25,081 nt of DNA from IMG/VR virus record IMGVR_UViG_3300048897_000074, positions 1 to 25,081 of that record. The stretch is one strand, 5' to 3'. This document shows positions 1 to 8,758 of this stretch, piece after piece. The translations under genes and the position numbers were made by a program. Source of the stretch: a virus (lineage: Duplodnaviria; Caudoviricetes). The first letter of the stretch is position 1; the number at the start of each line of letters is the position of its first letter. The notes beneath the pieces were generated by a model. That model saw only the letters and a program-made list of their open reading frames with translations. It had not been told where the DNA came from and did not search any database.

Positions 1-272
1 TCAACATGAATGCCTGCGAGGATGGTATCGATGGGTTGGCGGCATGGGAGTTTGAATACAATGAGGAGAATAATGTGTTCTCCCGCGATCCTTTGCATAA
101 CTGGGCCTCTCACCCCTCGGATGCGTTTTCGTATGGCTGCCAAGTCATGGAAATGGATCAGCCCAAGATAGAAGAAAAAGACCTGTCTATCAGGGGATTA
201 GAAGTTAATACGAATACTGTTACAATGAATGAATTATGGGATATGGTTAAAGCCCCAGCGGAGCGCTATTAA
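1..272 (+). CDS. terL: terminase large subunit, C-terminal fragment (5' end outside window)
   Basis: Frame is open to the window edge; PLHNWASHPSDAFSY matches the TerL nuclease-domain H-D/N-W-x-S-H-x-x-D-A-x-x-Y motif; its stop overlaps the portal start (TAATG). Confidence 0.88.
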   Translation, partial: NMNACEDGIDGLAAWEFEYNEENNVFSRDPLHNWASHPSDAFSYGCQVMEMDQPKIEEKDLSIRGLEVNTNTVTMNELWDMVKAPAERY

Positions 273-2386
273 TGGTCGCCAGAACACCCAAGCCGGTTGA
301 GCGCTATAACAAGCTAATAGGCGCCTATGATGCCGAGTTCAAGAAATGGGAAGCCCGCGCCAAGAAGATCATTAAACGCTATCGCGATGAAAGAACCGTC
401 TCGAACGACTCAACCGCTAAGTTCAATATTCTCTGGTCCAACGTTACTACACTGATCCCTGCTGTATTCGCCCGCCTTCCACAGCCCGATGTCTCGCGGC
501 GGCATAAAGACAATGATCCCGTCGGTAGGGTGGCTGCGTTATTACTCGAGCGTGGTCTTGAGTATGAGTTACAACATTATTCGGATTATGCCGCTGCACT
601 GAAGAATGTCGTACAGGATCGCTTCCTCGGCGGTCGTGGTATCGCGTGGGTACGGTATGAACCACATATCGAAGAGATGGATTCGGTTGAGACGGATGAC
701 GGCCCTCAAGTCACTGAGGATGCGGAGGATGAGGGCGCTGAGCTCAATGAATACCTCGATACCGAATGCACTCCAGTGGATTATGTCGCCTGGTCGGATT
801 TCGGCCATGAGGTCGCACGGACATGGGAAGAAGTCAATGTGGTATGGCGACGCGTGTATATGGGTCGTTCTGCATTGATTGAACGATTTGGCGATGAATA
901 TGGTACGAAGATTCCTCTTGACACTAAACCGCCCGAGCTGAAGAAGTCCGACGGTGAATCAGCCAGTCAGGCGTTGATTTATGAGATTTGGGATAAATCC
1001 GAGAATAAAGCCCTTTGGTATTCAAAATCACTGGGCGAGATTTTAGACGAGCGTGTTCCTGGCGACGACAGTCTCCCACGGCTGGAAGGTTTCTGGCCCT
1101 GCCCTCGTCCTTTGTATGCCACCACCACCACGGACAGCCTGATCCCCATTCCTGACTTCTCGCTGTATCAGGATCAGGCCAGAACCTTGGATTTACTGGC
1201 CGAGCGTATCGATGAATTGATTAAAGCCCTTCGAGTACGTGGGGTTTACGATGCCTCCAGCCCTGAGCTGGGTCGCGTATTTACCGAGGGGGCTAACAAC
1301 AATCTGATTCCGGTCAAGAACTGGAATGCGTTTGCCGAGAAGCAAGGCTTAAAAGGCTCGATTGAGCTGGTTGATATTGTGCCTTTCGCCCAAGCCTTGG
1401 AGTATTGTTATAAAGCGGTCGATCAGGTGAAGCAGCAGATTTATGAGATTACCCATATCTCCGATATCCTGCGAGGCGCCACCGATCCTAATGAGACGTT
1501 GGGCGCGCAGCAGATGAAGGGGCAGTATGCCTCAATGCCATTAAAGGAAATGCAGCGCGAAGTCGAGCAATTTGCCTCGGCCTTAATCCAGATCAAAGCG
1601 CAAATCATGTGTGCTCAGTATTCGGATGAAACCTTAATCAAAATCGGCGGCGCGCAAGAGTTAACGCCCGAAGATCAGCAATTGGTCCCCCAAGCACTGC
1701 AGTTGTTACGTGATAAACCGATGCGTAATTTCCGCATTGAAGTGGCTACCGATTCTCTGGTGCAAATGGATGAAATCCGCGAGAAACAAGAACGCACCGA
1801 ATTACTCACCTCGTTTGGTAGTTTTATCAAAGAAGCCATTCCCGCCGCTCAGGCCTCGCCTCAGCTGGCCCCCGTGTTACTTGAAATGCTGAAGTTCACC
1901 GTTGCTGCCTATAAAGCCGGCAGAACAATGGAGGGTGTGATTGATCAAGCTGCCGATCAATTGAAACAACTCGCCGCCAATCCACCCCCACAACCGCCTG
2001 ATCCGAAACTCCTGGCCATTCAGGCCCAAACACAAGCCAAGCAGCAGGAAATGCAGGCAGGATTACAGATAGACCAACAGCGCTTGGCGATGGAAGATCA
2101 GCAGGCTCAGCGCGAGCAGGCTTACCAAGCCCAACAGGTGGCCGCGCAACAACAATTAGAAGCCCAGCGTGAGGCCATGCAGCAACAGCATGAGAAAGAG
2201 CTGGAAGCGTTCCGGGCGGCCAATGATGCGCACTTACAACAAATGCAGCAGCAGGCCGAAGCCCAAACACAATTGATTCTACAAGCCATGAAAGACCGCA
2301 TTGCTTTGGAAGTGGCGGAGATTGGGGCAAAAACCACCCTCGATGCCGCTCAGGTGAGCGCCGCTAAGCAAGGAGCGGAAGAATGA
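272..2386 (+). CDS. portal protein (704 aa) with Gln-rich helical C-terminal extension
   Basis: Directly follows TerL; size; FNILWSNV..L.PAVFAR.PQPDV and GFWPCPRPL motifs typical of podovirus portals; Q/A-rich coiled-coil tail. Confidence 0.88.
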   Translation: MVARTPKPVERYNKLIGAYDAEFKKWEARAKKIIKRYRDERTVSNDSTAKFNILWSNVTTLIPAVFARLPQPDVSRRHKDNDPVGRVAALLLERGLEYELQHYSDYAAALKNVVQDRFLGGRGIAWVRYEPHIEEMDSVETDDGPQVTEDAEDEGAELNEYLDTECTPVDYVAWSDFGHEVARTWEEVNVVWRRVYMGRSALIERFGDEYGTKIPLDTKPPELKKSDGESASQALIYEIWDKSENKALWYSKSLGEILDERVPGDDSLPRLEGFWPCPRPLYATTTTDSLIPIPDFSLYQDQARTLDLLAERIDELIKALRVRGVYDASSPELGRVFTEGANNNLIPVKNWNAFAEKQGLKGSIELVDIVPFAQALEYCYKAVDQVKQQIYEITHISDILRGATDPNETLGAQQMKGQYASMPLKEMQREVEQFASALIQIKAQIMCAQYSDETLIKIGGAQELTPEDQQLVPQALQLLRDKPMRNFRIEVATDSLVQMDEIREKQERTELLTSFGSFIKEAIPAAQASPQLAPVLLEMLKFTVAAYKAGRTMEGVIDQAADQLKQLAANPPPQPPDPKLLAIQAQTQAKQQEMQAGLQIDQQRLAMEDQQAQREQAYQAQQVAAQQQLEAQREAMQQQHEKELEAFRAANDAHLQQMQQQAEAQTQLILQAMKDRIALEVAEIGAKTTLDAAQVSAAKQGAEE

Positions 2387-2565
2387 TTTATTCTCCTAAT
2401 GAGGAAGGACAAATTAGCACGGCTCATGAATGGGTAGGGCCAACAAAACCAAATGCGGGGGATGTTAAATGCGTTCGGTGTAAAGTGGTTACCAAGATTG
2501 GAGAATGGCAAATTCCACAATGCACGCCTCATCGCGTGTTTAAATCGGCGGGGTGGAAAGCATGA
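2383..2565 (+). CDS. small hypothetical protein (60 aa), possible Zn-binding (HEW...CVRC...C..H)
   Basis: ATGA overlaps with the portal stop (2383-2386) and with the next start (2562-2565), so it is coupled on both sides. Confidence 0.55.
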   Translation: MIYSPNEEGQISTAHEWVGPTKPNAGDVKCVRCKVVTKIGEWQIPQCTPHRVFKSAGWKA

Positions 2566-2849
2566 GCCGAAAGACCTATGTTATCCGCGATGGTCAGTTG
2601 GTGGAGAAACAATACGCCTCCTGTAGTCAACCTAATGCGCCTACAGTGATGGGTGATATCCAGCCCTATCAATCCATGGTCACGGGCGAGATGGTAACCA
2701 GTCGATCCAGACACCGTGCTATACTCAAAGAACATAACTGCATTGAAGTCGGTAACGAAACGAAGTATCTTAAATCCAAGCCACTGGCACCGCCTCCCGG
2801 CTTGAAAGAGCAAGTCATCCAGGCGGTCAAAAAACATCGAGGATATTGA
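2562..2849 (+). CDS. conserved phage hypothetical protein downstream of portal (95 aa)
   Basis: ATG 2562 in an ATGA overlap; DIQPYQSMVTGEMVTSRSRHR.LKEHNCIEVGNE resembles a recurrent post-portal phage family. Confidence 0.75.
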   Translation: MSRKTYVIRDGQLVEKQYASCSQPNAPTVMGDIQPYQSMVTGEMVTSRSRHRAILKEHNCIEVGNETKYLKSKPLAPPPGLKEQVIQAVKKHRGY

Positions 2850-2850
2850 C

Positions 2851-3219
2851 ATGGCAAAAGTACGTGAATTGATGGGGGCAGGTTTTTCCAGTGGCCAAGC
2901 GCGTGCACTGCAATATGGCGGCGCCGCAGTGACCTCTGCCGGTACAGGCTCGATTGCGAATGCCACATTACTGCCGAATGAGACAAACAATCTGTCGGCG
3001 GCTGCGTCCTTGGATGCTTACTTGTTGCCCAGTACTGCGCAGGGCAGCCAGATTGGCGATGAAATCAAATGCTGGACGTCGAGTTCTACGACGGGCGTGG
3101 TATTTGGCGGGACTGGCGAGACTATTAACAATGGCGCTTCGTTCTCGGTGGCGCAATACAAGATGGCTATTTTCAAGCGCTTCAGTGCTACCCAATGGGG
3201 TGCTATTGTAACGCCGTAA
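2851..3219 (+). CDS. hypothetical, probably minor virion protein (beta-rich, Ser/Thr/Ala/Gly-rich)
   Basis: Starts 1 nt after the previous stop; lies in the head module; composition typical of a structural protein. Confidence 0.7.
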   Translation: MAKVRELMGAGFSSGQARALQYGGAAVTSAGTGSIANATLLPNETNNLSAAASLDAYLLPSTAQGSQIGDEIKCWTSSSTTGVVFGGTGETINNGASFSVAQYKMAIFKRFSATQWGAIVTP

Positions 3220-3235
3220 AATATTGGATTGAAAT

Positions 3236-3514
3236 ATGCGCTGCTCGTTTGGGTATAAGAAAGTAAAAAAACTTTCCAATAAAACTGGGCTATCCATTAT
3301 TGGAGCAATGACTCGGGGCGGAACTGGCCACCGCATCGATCTTCTCTTGGACGAGGGTAAAGAGGTCAGTTTATTTCCAGACGGTAGCATTGTTAATTTT
3401 GGGCATCGTTGGGCTCATTATTATGCGCTTCCAGAGAAACAAGTTATTGCTGGGCTTTTAGAGCATCATCCAATGAGTTTAAAAGAGCGGATTGGATACG
3501 AATTAAGAAAATAG
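3236..3514 (+). CDS. hypothetical protein (92 aa), AT-richer insertion in head operon
   Basis: Fills the gap co-directionally; hand count about 43% GC over 3241-3480, lower than flanking genes; weak RBS. Confidence 0.5.
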   Translation: MRCSFGYKKVKKLSNKTGLSIIGAMTRGGTGHRIDLLLDEGKEVSLFPDGSIVNFGHRWAHYYALPEKQVIAGLLEHHPMSLKERIGYELRK

Positions 3515-3546
3515 AAAGTCCGGGAATACTTCCGGGCTAGAAAATC

Positions 3547-3568
3547 AACGCTGTGAAGCGTCGAGGAA
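3547..3568 (+). promoter_or_regulatory. hairpin ACGCT-GTGA-AGCGT abutting Shine-Dalgarno of scaffold gene (copy 1 of 3)
   Basis: AACGCTGTGAAGCGT (3547-3561) is exactly repeated at 12257-12271; AGGA begins 3 nt after the stem. Confidence 0.7.
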
Positions 3569-3571
3569 CAT

Positions 3572-4561
3572 ATGGCAGAAGAAGGCGAAAGTCTAACCCT
3601 ACGTGATGCGCTCCTGTCAGCAGTAGAAGAGCATCGAGAGCAACCAGACGAGCCGGTCTCCGCAGAAGCACCCGACCAAAAGTCGGATCGTCCACGCGAT
3701 GAGACCGGTAAGTTTGCCAGAAAGCCAGAAGTCGAAGGTGTTATCCCCGATGCCACCATCCCCGAACCTGCTCCCGTTCAGCGCGCCCCTAAGCCGTCGA
3801 GCTGGAAAAAGGAATACGAAGAACACTGGAATTCTCTCGACCCCAAATTAGCCGATTACATCAATCAACGTGAGCGTGAATACGCCACCGGTGTATCGAC
3901 ATACAAATCCGAAGCCGAGCGCGCACGCAGCTTACAAAGTGCGATGGAACCGTTTCTGCCGGAATTGCAACGCCACAATATCCAACCTGAACAGTGGATT
4001 TCCAATCTGGGTCGGGCACATCAAACCTTGGCCTTGGGCAGTCCTGAACAGAAAGCACATATGTTCGTTCAGCTGGCCCGAGATTACGGGGTAGATATCG
4101 GCAATCTAACCAACTTGCCCCCGCCCCAATACCAACCCCCACAGCCTGCATTCAACCCTCAATTCGTCCGCAAAGAAGTGATGAGCGTGGTCGAGGAGAT
4201 TCAGGCACAAAATGAGATTCAACGAATAAGTGCGGATAAAACCAATTATCCACATTTTGATACGGTTCGAGAGACGATGGCTGGATTACTTCAGTCGGGA
4301 TTAGCTCAAGACCTTCCAAGCGCTTACCAAAAAGCCATACGCATGAACGATGACCTCTGGCAATCCCAACAGGAAGCCCAGAAAGCTCAGCAAGACACCG
4401 AGCGTCAACGTCAACAAGCCGAAGCTGCTAAGCAAGCGCGCGCCAAAGTCGTTTCCGTCAAGTCAGCTACTCCTAGCGGACAAGCGGCCAGCGGCGAGGC
4501 AAAAGGCAGGCGTGAGGCTTTACGGGAAGCATTGAGTTCCGTAGGCACAGGCCGAGTTTAA
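3572..4561 (+). CDS. capsid scaffolding protein
   Basis: Immediately upstream of the MCP; acidic N-terminus, RDETGKFA motif, helical charged body; RBS GAGGA. Confidence 0.8.
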   Translation: MAEEGESLTLRDALLSAVEEHREQPDEPVSAEAPDQKSDRPRDETGKFARKPEVEGVIPDATIPEPAPVQRAPKPSSWKKEYEEHWNSLDPKLADYINQREREYATGVSTYKSEAERARSLQSAMEPFLPELQRHNIQPEQWISNLGRAHQTLALGSPEQKAHMFVQLARDYGVDIGNLTNLPPPQYQPPQPAFNPQFVRKEVMSVVEEIQAQNEIQRISADKTNYPHFDTVRETMAGLLQSGLAQDLPSAYQKAIRMNDDLWQSQQEAQKAQQDTERQRQQAEAAKQARAKVVSVKSATPSGQAASGEAKGRREALREALSSVGTGRV

Positions 4562-4583
4562 TTCTGACTGAGGAGTCAAAAAA

Positions 4584-5579
4584 ATGGCATTTGCCAACAG
4601 TGCAATCTCGGACATTATCGCCACTACGATCCAGAGTCGATCAGGCGAATTGGCCGACAACGTCACCAACAACAATGCGTTGCTGGCCAAATTGAAAAAA
4701 CGGGGCAATGTGCGTCCTTTCAATGGCGGTAACGTCATTCTGGAAGAGATTGCTTACAACGATCCTACTACCAACAACACCAACTCGTACTCAGGTTATG
4801 AGGCGCTGAATATCAGCCCGAACAGCCCGATCAGTGCCGCTCAGTTCTCCATTACGCAATATGCGTCTGCGGTCACTATCAGTGGTCTGGAAACCCTCCA
4901 GAATGCCGGAGAAGAACAGATCATTGATTTGCTCGATGGCCGCATGATGGTCGCTGAAGCCCAGCTGACCAACCGGATCGCCTCGGATATCTATCTGGAC
5001 GGCACCGGGAATGGCGGGAAGAACATCACCGGTCTGGCAGCGGCACTTCCTGACACGGCAACGTCGGGGACATATGGTGGTATTGACCGTGCTACCTGGT
5101 CATTCTGGCAATCCAAAAGCTATTCGGGCGTGACCAATGGCGGCGCAGCAGTCAGTGCTTCCAACATCATCGCCTATATGACGGCATTGGGTCTTCAGTT
5201 GGTACGGGGTACGGATAAAACCGATCTGATTGTGGCGGACAACAACTACTACGGCTTTTACGTCAATGCGCTCCAGGCGATCCAACGGATCACTTCGGAC
5301 AGCGACGCAGCGGCCGGCTTTGCCTCGCTGAAGTTCTATGGCGGTGGTATGGCAGCAGATGTGGTTCTGGACGGCGGTATTGGCTCGAATGCCACAGCGA
5401 ATCATATGTGGTTTTTGAACACCAAATACATTTTCTTCCGTCCGCACAAAGACCGTAACTTCGTACCAATCGGGGGCGAGCGTCAATCGGTCAACCAAGA
5501 TGCGATTGTAAAATTGATAGGCTGGGCTGGAAACATGACGAGCTCAGGTCCGCAATTTTCCGGCGTTCTCAAAGCCTGA
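4584..5579 (+). CDS. major capsid protein (331 aa)
   Basis: Strong RBS GAGGAG; ATTIQSRSGELADNVTNNNALL, YGGIDR and WFLNTKYI motifs of a common HK97-fold MCP family; synteny. Confidence 0.92.
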   Translation: MAFANSAISDIIATTIQSRSGELADNVTNNNALLAKLKKRGNVRPFNGGNVILEEIAYNDPTTNNTNSYSGYEALNISPNSPISAAQFSITQYASAVTISGLETLQNAGEEQIIDLLDGRMMVAEAQLTNRIASDIYLDGTGNGGKNITGLAAALPDTATSGTYGGIDRATWSFWQSKSYSGVTNGGAAVSASNIIAYMTALGLQLVRGTDKTDLIVADNNYYGFYVNALQAIQRITSDSDAAAGFASLKFYGGGMAADVVLDGGIGSNATANHMWFLNTKYIFFRPHKDRNFVPIGGERQSVNQDAIVKLIGWAGNMTSSGPQFSGVLKA

Positions 5580-5601
5580 TCACTGAAAGAGGAGAATTAT
5601 C

Positions 5602-6078
5602 ATGGTAGCTTTTGTAACAAGTGGTCAGTCAGGCGTTAATTTGGCGGCTGACGGAACGGCGGTGGCGGGGTTTGCAGTAGGCACCACGGTCAATCTGAGC
5701 GATGGCGGTCAGGCGGTCTATGTCAAGGCACTGTCAGAGATTTCGCAATATGCGGCCGTTCTGATCGATGCCTCGGCTGCCCAAATGGCCACCACCACGT
5801 TGGCGGTAGCGACTAAACGGATTGGCTTCGCGCAATGTTCTATTGCCTCCGCCTATTACGGTTGGGTGCAAACGGGCGGTGTGCCTATCGTCAATCTGGC
5901 GGCTAACTGCGCGCCTAGCGTACCTCTGTATACCACCGCAACCTCCGGGGTATTGGATGATGCGACGGTATCGGCAGGTATGGTGGCTGGTGTAACGGCG
6001 AAGAACACCATTTCCAACGCCACTGCAGTGACCGTGGTAGCGGCTTATCCGCACATCATCTTCCAAGGTGGCGTGTAA
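5602..6078 (+). CDS. capsid decoration/cement protein (158 aa)
   Basis: Directly after the MCP, RBS GAGGAG; GQAVYVKA and YYGWVQTGG motifs typical of beta-tulip-type decoration proteins; Ala/Thr/Val-rich. Confidence 0.72.
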   Translation: MVAFVTSGQSGVNLAADGTAVAGFAVGTTVNLSDGGQAVYVKALSEISQYAAVLIDASAAQMATTTLAVATKRIGFAQCSIASAYYGWVQTGGVPIVNLAANCAPSVPLYTTATSGVLDDATVSAGMVAGVTAKNTISNATAVTVVAAYPHIIFQGGV

Positions 6079-6079
6079 G

Positions 6080-6847
6080 ATGCAGCCTTTGCGGATTGAT
6101 GTCTCGTGCTATGGAACGCCGGAAAGTAATGGCGGAAATATTACGAGTGCATTGGCCCGCAAACTACCGCAATTGACACCCGCTCTCTGCGCTCACGATG
6201 GGCATTTCGTGGTCGTCGGGAGCGGGCCGTCACTACCCTCCTATATGGATGAAATCCGTGAAGAACGCAAATTAGGTCGCCCTGTGTGTGCCGTGAAAGG
6301 CGCGCATGATTTCCTGTGCGAAAACGATTTCAACCCCGATTTGTTTCTCTGCGTCGATCCGCGTGATCGTACAGAGAATATTAAATACGCTAATAGCGAT
6401 ACGATCTATTTAATGGCATCTCGGTGCGATCCGGCCATGTTCGATCATTTGAAAGACCGCAATGTCATGGTCTGGAACTCGTTTGGGATTGTGGCTGAGA
6501 GTGAGTATTACAAAGGGCATTATGCCATCGGCGGTGGTTCGACCTCTGGCCTGCGAGCTATTACCGTGGGTTATGTTCTAGGATTCAGAAATTTCGTCCT
6601 CTATGGCATGGACAGTTGTTTAGCAGAAGATAAATTGACCAAGCGATTCACGGGCGAAAAGGCCGGTCAGGTCATCGATGTGATTGTGGGTGATAAGACG
6701 TTCTACTGTAACGGCGCTATGGCCCAGCAAGCCCAGGAAGTCCAAGAGTTAATGAACACACTGGAAGGGATTCATATCGCCGTCAAAGGTAATGGCCTCA
6801 TCGCGGCGATATGGGAAGAGCGCAAGCGTCTAGGGTTAACAGTTTGA
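6080..6847 (+). CDS. MAF_flag10/DUF115 (MptE-like) family protein, putative glycosyltransferase
   Basis: VVVGSGPSL, LCVDP and GGSTSGLRAITVGYVLGFRNFVLYGMDS motifs; ATG 6080 lies 1 nt after the decoration gene stop. Confidence 0.78.
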   Translation: MQPLRIDVSCYGTPESNGGNITSALARKLPQLTPALCAHDGHFVVVGSGPSLPSYMDEIREERKLGRPVCAVKGAHDFLCENDFNPDLFLCVDPRDRTENIKYANSDTIYLMASRCDPAMFDHLKDRNVMVWNSFGIVAESEYYKGHYAIGGGSTSGLRAITVGYVLGFRNFVLYGMDSCLAEDKLTKRFTGEKAGQVIDVIVGDKTFYCNGAMAQQAQEVQELMNTLEGIHIAVKGNGLIAAIWEERKRLGLTV

Positions 6848-7608
6848 GGGTCTCTTTTATCCATAGTGGCGGCCCGCAGATGGCCTCCTATCGGTATCGA
6901 GCACATATTCCTGCCCATTCATTACAGGCCCAGATCAATTGTTACCCCGCTGATGTTTTAATCTTCGCCAAACCGATTGAATGTGAGGTTGACTTCGCCA
7001 AATGGGCCCAGAGAAAAGGCGCCAAGATTATTGTCGATTATTGCGACGATCATTTCGAGCTACCCCATTATCAGGAATTTATGGGGATAGCGGATAAGAT
7101 TACCTGTTCGAGTAAAGAGCTAGCCAAGCTGTGTAATGGGATGGTGATTGATGACCCTTATGAGTTTGATGAATTGCCCCCTCATTTTACCAACCAACAG
7201 CGCTTGTTGTGGTTTGGGCATAAAGTAAATAAAGCCTCGATCGATCGATTAGGCATTGACTGCCGAAAAGTCTCCAATTTCGACGGGGCGATTCCGTGGT
7301 CCATCGAGATATTGAAAGATGAATTGAGTCGAGCGGATATTGTGTTGATGCCGGCGACAAAGGGCTATAAAAGCCCTAATCGAACGGTTGAGGCCATTCG
7401 GTCCGGTTGTTTTGTCGTAGCAGAACCGCATCCTTCGCTGTTAGGATTCCCTATTTATCAAGGCGACATCAAAGAGGGCATCGCATGGGCCACGAAACAC
7501 CCGAAAATCGTCAATCAAATGATCCGAGAGGCGCAGTCATACATTTCACAAAAGTATTCGCCAGCAACACAGGCATCTGCATGGAAGAAAATCTTGGTAT
7601 CAATCTGA
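6844..7608 (+). CDS. GT-B fold (GT4-like) glycosyltransferase
   Basis: ASYRYR, IIVDYCDD, LLWFG, ADIVLMP and KSPNRTVEAIRSGCFVVA motifs; TTG 6844 in a TTGA overlap is the preferred start (ORF open from 6811). Confidence 0.75.
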   Translation: MRVSFIHSGGPQMASYRYRAHIPAHSLQAQINCYPADVLIFAKPIECEVDFAKWAQRKGAKIIVDYCDDHFELPHYQEFMGIADKITCSSKELAKLCNGMVIDDPYEFDELPPHFTNQQRLLWFGHKVNKASIDRLGIDCRKVSNFDGAIPWSIEILKDELSRADIVLMPATKGYKSPNRTVEAIRSGCFVVAEPHPSLLGFPIYQGDIKEGIAWATKHPKIVNQMIREAQSYISQKYSPATQASAWKKILVSI

Positions 7609-8081
7609 ATTTAGGAGCAGGGAAGATAAAGTGGCCGAACTGGCTCACTGTTGGATTATCTGACAGCGATATTAATTGCGATCTGCGCCAACTTGATCTT
7701 CCCAATGATTACGCCGATCAAGCCGCTGCCATCCATGTTCTCGAACACTTTTACCAATGGGATGCACTGGATGTATTAAAAGAGTGGCGGCGCGTCTTGA
7801 AACCGGGCGGCAAACTAATCCTCGAACTCCCTTGTATTGATAAGGTAATCGGTTATCTCTGTCGATGTGTTGAAAAGGGTATTCCACTTTCCAATACCAT
7901 GAGCTGGCATGCTTTATACGGCGATCCAAAATATAAAGACCCGCTCATGACGCATAAATGGGGCTATACCGTGCAAATGCTGACCGCATTACTCGAAGAA
8001 GCTGGCTTTCATTCTATTGAATATCAAAAACCCCGCTATCATTTCCCCGACCGCGATATGCGCTTTGAGGCGATTAAATGA
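7581..8081 (+). CDS. class I SAM-dependent methyltransferase (Methyltransf_11-like)
   Basis: LNLGAG motif I, HVLEHF, EWRRVLKPGGKLILELP, H.WGYT; start ATG 7581 chosen to fit the domain start. Confidence 0.88.
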   Translation: MEENLGINLNLGAGKIKWPNWLTVGLSDSDINCDLRQLDLPNDYADQAAAIHVLEHFYQWDALDVLKEWRRVLKPGGKLILELPCIDKVIGYLCRCVEKGIPLSNTMSWHALYGDPKYKDPLMTHKWGYTVQMLTALLEEAGFHSIEYQKPRYHFPDRDMRFEAIK

Positions 8082-8758
8082 CTCCACTAAAAATCTTCAT
8101 TGGTTTTGATAAGAACGAGATCGCCGCCTATCACGTGCTGAGCCATTCTTTACTGTCCCGCTCATCTATACCGCTCTCGATTACGCCATTGAACAGGGAC
8201 AATCTAAGGGGCATTTATATAAGAGAGCGAGGGCCATTAGAGTCCACCGATTTTTCCATGTCCAGATTTCTGGTGCCTTATCTCTCCGATTATGTCGGAT
8301 GGTCCATTTTTATGGATTGCGATATGCTCTGCCTGTCAGATATTGCTGGATTAATACCCTTGATCGATGAACACAAAACCGTTTCTTGTTGCCAGCATGA
8401 CTATGTTCCACGTGGAACGACAAAGTTCCTAGGGGCGATCCAGACCCTATATGCAAAAAAGAACTGGTCCAGCTTAATGGTATTCAACAACGAGAAATGC
8501 CAAGCACTCACCCCGGAAGCGGTGAATACCCAATCTGGCATGTGGCTACACCAAATGCACTGGGCCGACTCTATCGGGTCGGTTCCGCTAGAATGGAACT
8601 ATCTGGTCGATGAGAATGGACAACCGGATGTGAACCCCAAAATTCTGCATTTCACTTTAGGCACCCCGTGTCTGCCTGGCTATGAGAATTGCACGTTTGC
8701 CGATCTATGGCATAAAGAATTCAAGTCCATGATTTCACCCACACCCTTAACTACTTAA
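8078..8758 (+). CDS. GT-A fold glycosyltransferase, GT8-like (CDI-type)
   Basis: IFIGFD..E, STDFSMSRFLVPYL, DxD motif FMDCDML, KNWSSLMVFN, EWNYLV, HFTLGTP; ATGA overlap with the methyltransferase stop. Confidence 0.88.
   Translation: MTPLKIFIGFDKNEIAAYHVLSHSLLSRSSIPLSITPLNRDNLRGIYIRERGPLESTDFSMSRFLVPYLSDYVGWSIFMDCDMLCLSDIAGLIPLIDEHKTVSCCQHDYVPRGTTKFLGAIQTLYAKKNWSSLMVFNNEKCQALTPEAVNTQSGMWLHQMHWADSIGSVPLEWNYLVDENGQPDVNPKILHFTLGTPCLPGYENCTFADLWHKEFKSMISPTPLTT

Noticed and set aside
5577-5602. Readthrough or frameshift fusion of MCP to the decoration protein
   Set aside because: Different frames, no slippery heptamer seen, and the decoration gene has its own strong RBS.
6080-6847. Literal MptE (pterin diphosphokinase) metabolic gene
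   Set aside because: No folate or pterin context; the neighbours are glycosyltransferases and the same domain occurs in Maf transferases.
6080-8758. Cassette as DNA hypermodification or O-antigen seroconversion system
   Set aside because: It lies in the late structural operon, with no base hydroxymethylase, kinase or thymidylate synthase homologue and no membrane GtrABC-type genes in the window. Disfavoured rather than excluded.
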